Assembly: GCF_001598795.1 (NCBI RefSeq) | Contig: NZ_BCZP01000006.1 | Span: 1-32,000, forward strand | Source: Delftia acidovorans NBRC 14950 | Lineage (GTDB): Bacteria; Pseudomonadota; Gammaproteobacteria; Burkholderiales; Burkholderiaceae_C | Length of the DNA: 32,000 nucleotides | Reading direction: 5' to 3' | In this document: piece after piece, positions 28,496-32,000 of the stretch | Layout of the letters: each line of letters begins with the position of its first letter | How positions within the stretch are numbered: the stretch's first letter is position 1 | Notes under the pieces: model-generated | What the model was told of the DNA's origin: nothing | Database searches by the model: none | Seen by the model: only the letters and a program-made list of their open reading frames with translations | Made by a program: the position numbers and the translations under genes

Positions 28496-29869
28496 TCACT
28501 GCAGCATGAAGGTCTTGTATTCGAGCCGGTTGAGCTCGCGCGAGAGCAGGTACAGCCCCACGCACAGCGTCACCAGCATGGCCAGGCAAAAGCCGTAGCC
28601 ATAGAACGCGGCGCCCAGCGCCAGCGAGATGCCCGTGAAGGCAATGTTCAGCGCCACCAGCAGCAGGCAGAGCATGAACACGATGCGCCGCTCGTCCAGG
28701 TAGAAGAACACGTTGAGCACGGCCATCACACCCACCTGCAAACCGGCGCCCACCACCTGCACGTGCAGCAGCGGCAGGTACAGCTGGGAGATGCCCAGCA
28801 ACTGCAGGATGGCCGGCCCGGCCACCAGGGTGACGAGGACGGCCAGCGTCTGCACCTTGGCGATCTCGCCCAGGCCCGCCTGGATGGCGTAGACCATCTC
28901 GTTGCGCATGGACTCGATGTATTCCAGCGATCCGCCGCCGCGCACGGCGTCGAAGAACTTGTCGTAGTACTCGACGAAGTCGGTCTCGATGCGCACCAGG
29001 AAGACCGCCATGCCCGGAATGATGGACAGATACGACAGGAACACCGGCAGGTCGTAGATCAGCGAGGCCCTGAGTCCGCCGATGATCTGCTGCGAGGTCG
29101 GCGGGTAGTACCAGAACATGAACTTGTCGATCCAGATGCCCAGGTTGTAGAGCACGCCGATGCCGATCAGCGCCGGAAAGATCAGCGAGCGCTGCGTGAA
29201 GTCAAAGGCGATCCAGCGCTGCTGCAGCGGAAAGCTGCGCAGCACGATCATCCACATGCCGGCCAGCAGCAGCACGTGGCCGATCACGAAGCTGGCCAGC
29301 AGCCCTTCCAGCCCCCAGTAGCGCAGCGGCAGCGCCAGCAGCACGATGAGCAGGTAGGTGGCGCCGAACAGCCCGGCAATGGCCCGGTAGTGCTTGAGGC
29401 CCGACAGCAGCACCGTCATGACCCAGACCACGCACATCAGCGTGAAGCCGGCCAGCATCAGCACGCGGTACAGCAGGCCCTGGCCCGGCAGCACCACGAA
29501 CAGCGCCAGCGTGCCCAGCGCGCTGGCAGTGGCCACGACCACCAGCAGCAGGCCATGCAGGTTGGGCAGGATGCTCTCGTCCTTCTTGAGGAACAGCTGG
29601 TCCGACACAAAGCGCGTGAAGGCCAGCTGCGCCGCCCCGGTCAGGATCAGGCTGCTGGCCACCAGATAGGTGACCGAGGTCTGGAACTGCGTGACCAGCA
29701 GCGGCGGCGCCACCACGCTCACGCTGAACACCCCCACCAGCAGGATGCCGATGATGGAGAACACCCACGGCCCCGAGCCGATGACGCCCGCATAGGCATA
29801 GGCCTGGAGCACGCTGGTCAGCGTGTTCTTGCGCAGCAGGTGGCGCAGTTCGAATCCTATGCCGGCCAT
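28496..29869 (-). CDS. pelG: Pel polysaccharide biosynthesis/export membrane protein PelG
   Basis: 457-aa polytopic protein. The N-terminus MAGIGFELRHLLRKNTLTSVLQAYAYAGVIGSGPWV matches the characteristic PelG N-terminus. The start overlaps the pelF stop by 1 nt (TGATG). Confidence 0.9.
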   Translation of the reverse strand: MAGIGFELRHLLRKNTLTSVLQAYAYAGVIGSGPWVFSIIGILLVGVFSVSVVAPPLLVTQFQTSVTYLVASSLILTGAAQLAFTRFVSDQLFLKKDESILPNLHGLLLVVVATASALGTLALFVVLPGQGLLYRVLMLAGFTLMCVVWVMTVLLSGLKHYRAIAGLFGATYLLIVLLALPLRYWGLEGLLASFVIGHVLLLAGMWMIVLRSFPLQQRWIAFDFTQRSLIFPALIGIGVLYNLGIWIDKFMFWYYPPTSQQIIGGLRASLIYDLPVFLSYLSIIPGMAVFLVRIETDFVEYYDKFFDAVRGGGSLEYIESMRNEMVYAIQAGLGEIAKVQTLAVLVTLVAGPAILQLLGISQLYLPLLHVQVVGAGLQVGVMAVLNVFFYLDERRIVFMLCLLLVALNIAFTGISLALGAAFYGYGFCLAMLVTLCVGLYLLSRELNRLEYKTFMLQ

Positions 29870-31425
29870 CAGTGTTTTTCCTCGGACTGTTGCAGCGCCC
29901 TGTCATAGACCTGCCTGTAGCGCTCGAACAGCAGCCGGTCGGAGTAGTAGCATTCCACGCGCGCAATCCCGGCCGCGCTGGCGGCCTGCCACTGCGTGGG
30001 CGAGCTCAGCAGCTCCAGGCAGGCGTCGGCCAGCGCCTCGGGGTTGGCAATGCCGACCACGCGCCCGCACGAGCCCAGGGCCTGGTCTTGCGGCTCCAGC
30101 CCGTCGATGAGCTGGCGGCAGGAACCCACGTCGGTGCTGACCACGGGCACGCCTGCGGCCTGGGCTTCGAGAATCACCAGGGGCAGCGCCTCGCTGATGG
30201 AAGACAGCACGACCACGCCCACCTTGGGCAGCAACTCCTCCACCTTCTGCATGCCCAGAAAGCGGACGTTGGCCTGCAGGCCCAGGCTGTCCACGAGGTT
30301 CTGGCATTCCTCGGCATAGGCCGGGTCCTCGGCCGTGGGGCCGGCCACCCAGGCCTGGGCCTGGGGCATCCGGTTGACCACGCGGCGCATGGCGCGGATG
30401 AAGGTCTTGATGTCCTTGATGGGCACCACGCGGCCGATCAGGCACAGCACGGGCGGCGTCTGGGCCGGCCGCTGGGTGCGCAGCGGCGCAAAGCGTTCTA
30501 TGCGGATGCCGTTGGGGATGCTGACCGTGCGCTCGGCGGCCGCGCCATCGGCCACCTGGCGCAGGCGGTTGTTCTCGTACAGCGCAATGATGGGATCGGC
30601 CGCACCATAGCAAAAGCGCCCCATCCAGTCGAAAAACCGTATCCACATCTGCCGGAAGAACGACACCTCCATGGGGTCGCGCTGGAAGATGTTGCGGTTG
30701 TCGCGGATCCAGGAGCTTTGCAGCAGGTCGATCTGGCGCTCTTTCGTGTAGATGCCATGCTCGGACAGCACCAGCGGCAGGCCGCGCGCATGGTGCAGCA
30801 GGCCGCCCAGAAATCCCGCATAGCCGGTCGAGACGGTATGCAGCACGCGCACCGGGATCAGTCCATGGGCGATGCGTGCCATCAGCCACAGCGGCTGCAG
30901 CATGATGCGCACGGTCCAGAAGAAGTCCACGAACGACGGGTCGGTGCAGTGGCGCCGGTAGCTGTCGCGGATCAGGTCCCAGGCGAATTCGCTGTGCAGG
31001 AAATCCTCCAGCGGCAGGCTGCCGCCGGGCTGCAGCTCCAGCGCAATGGAGCGCATGGCCGCCAGCACCTTGGCCCGGCTTTCGGCACTGCCGTCATGCG
31101 CCTCCAGCGCGCCCAGGAATTCCTGGGCCTTGGCCAAGGCTTCGGGATGGCCGCGCGAAGGGGCGGGCTGGATATTGGAGTGCAGCGCATCAAACAGGTA
31201 GTGCTGCTCGAAGTGCACCACGTTGGGCGGCAGTGCGTAGCGGAAATCGCCATAGTCCTCGCGCCGGCTGCCCAGGAAGACAATGGCAAAGCGGTACTCG
31301 GGATAGGCCTGCAGGATCTGGTTGACCCAGCTGGACACACCACCGCTGACATAAGGAAAAGTGCCTTCCAGCAGCAGCGCGATGTCCGCATTGGCCGCCG
31401 TGGGGAACTGGCTCGCACGGCTCAT
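29869..31425 (-). CDS. pelF: Pel polysaccharide glycosyltransferase PelF (GT4)
   Basis: 518 aa. DIALLLEGTFPYVSGGVSSWVNQIL is the PelF N-terminal domain motif. The C-terminal GT-B region contains VLSSISEALPLVILEAQAAGVPVVSTDVGSC. Confidence 0.92.
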   Translation of the reverse strand: MSRASQFPTAANADIALLLEGTFPYVSGGVSSWVNQILQAYPEYRFAIVFLGSRREDYGDFRYALPPNVVHFEQHYLFDALHSNIQPAPSRGHPEALAKAQEFLGALEAHDGSAESRAKVLAAMRSIALELQPGGSLPLEDFLHSEFAWDLIRDSYRRHCTDPSFVDFFWTVRIMLQPLWLMARIAHGLIPVRVLHTVSTGYAGFLGGLLHHARGLPLVLSEHGIYTKERQIDLLQSSWIRDNRNIFQRDPMEVSFFRQMWIRFFDWMGRFCYGAADPIIALYENNRLRQVADGAAAERTVSIPNGIRIERFAPLRTQRPAQTPPVLCLIGRVVPIKDIKTFIRAMRRVVNRMPQAQAWVAGPTAEDPAYAEECQNLVDSLGLQANVRFLGMQKVEELLPKVGVVVLSSISEALPLVILEAQAAGVPVVSTDVGSCRQLIDGLEPQDQALGSCGRVVGIANPEALADACLELLSSPTQWQAASAAGIARVECYYSDRLLFERYRQVYDRALQQSEEKH

Positions 31426-32000
31426 GAGGCACTCCAGTAGCGGATGCTGGGCTTCAGGCGCGGCAGGGCTTGCTCGATGTCCAGCGAACGCATCAGGGCC
31501 TGCGCCTTGGCGAATTCGCGCCGATCGAACAGCAGCTCGGCCTGGTAGGGCACGACGCGTGCCGGCTCCATGCCCAGCGCCAGCGAGCGCTCATAGCAGG
31601 CCAGCGACTCCACCGCCCTGCCCTGCATGTGCAGCAGCCGGCCACGGCGCAGCAGCAGCAAGGCATTGTCGGGCCGCTGTGCGAGCACCAGGTCGCAGTA
31701 GTGCAGGGATTGCTTGATGGCGTGGTCGCGCACATCGCCCTGCGCTACGCCCTGGTAGACCAGCTCCGCGTAGAGGTCGGTCAGCGCCCGCGCCGCCTGC
31801 AGGCCACGCGGCCCGTAGGGCGCATCGCCCTCGGACTGGCGGGCATGCTCGAACAGCTGCAGCTCCTGGTGGATGGTCTTGCTGATCTCGCGCTCCTTGG
31901 CGTCCAGCATGCTGTAGGCCAGCAGGCGCAGGTCTTCGCTGGAATCGCCCAGCGCCGTGCGCAGCATGGGCGAGGCAATGCGCCCCGGCACGCTGCCCAG
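31422..32000 (-). CDS. pelE: PelE (TPR-containing Pel biosynthesis protein), 5'-truncated by the window edge
   Basis: The frame is open to the window end. TPR-like helices are present (ALTDLYAELVYQGVAQGD..., ALLLLRRGRLLHMQGRAVESLACYERSLALG). The stop overlaps the pelF start (ATGA). The assignment rests mainly on position upstream of pelF-pelG. Confidence 0.7.
   Translation of the reverse strand: MGSVPGRIASPMLRTALGDSSEDLRLLAYSMLDAKEREISKTIHQELQLFEHARQSEGDAPYGPRGLQAARALTDLYAELVYQGVAQGDVRDHAIKQSLHYCDLVLAQRPDNALLLLRRGRLLHMQGRAVESLACYERSLALGMEPARVVPYQAELLFDRREFAKAQALMRSLDIEQALPRLKPSIRYWSAS

Overview
This is a GC-rich window (roughly two-thirds G+C by eye). Gene content and order look betaproteobacterial, probably Burkholderiales/Comamonadaceae, but that is inference only. 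Nearly all real genes are on the minus strand. The many long Arg/Gly/His-rich ORFs opposite them in the six-frame track are antisense shadows.

Reading right to left:
(1) The 3' end of a pel exopolysaccharide operon (pelE partial, pelF, pelG).
(2) A polar amino-acid ABC importer (binding lipoprotein, permease, ATPase) with its own strong terminator.
(3) A co-directional run of about 14 kb: mlaF-mlaE-mlaD-mlaA-mlaC-mlaB, an ABC-2 exporter pair, ibaG, murA, then hisG-[orphan 223-aa ORF]-hisD-[terminator, vapB-vapC]-hisC-hisB-hisH-hisA.
(4) The his cluster stops after hisA at a 14-bp perfect hairpin. hisF/hisI/hisE are not present in the window.
(5) The left 11 kb looks more accessory. It holds a lipoprotein with an Ig-like domain plus a spherulin-4/GH135-like domain, a hexose-6-phosphate mutarotase-like gene, and a membrane-anchored single-PDZ HtrA protease. 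It also holds a three-gene operon for very large secreted or surface proteins. The third gene of that operon is absent from the supplied ORF track because it runs off the window without a stop.

I found no rRNA, tRNA, CRISPR array, integrase, transposase or IS ends.

The candidates most worth a second look are:
- the giant surface-protein operon, which has unassigned domains and a sorting-type C-terminal tail with no visible cognate sorting enzyme;
- the GH135-like lipoprotein in a Pel-encoding genome;
- the two foreign insertions (a vapBC module and an orphan ORF) embedded in the histidine operon.

I cannot show that any of these is a genuinely undescribed system. All family assignments come from motif recognition by eye and need HMM or structure confirmation.
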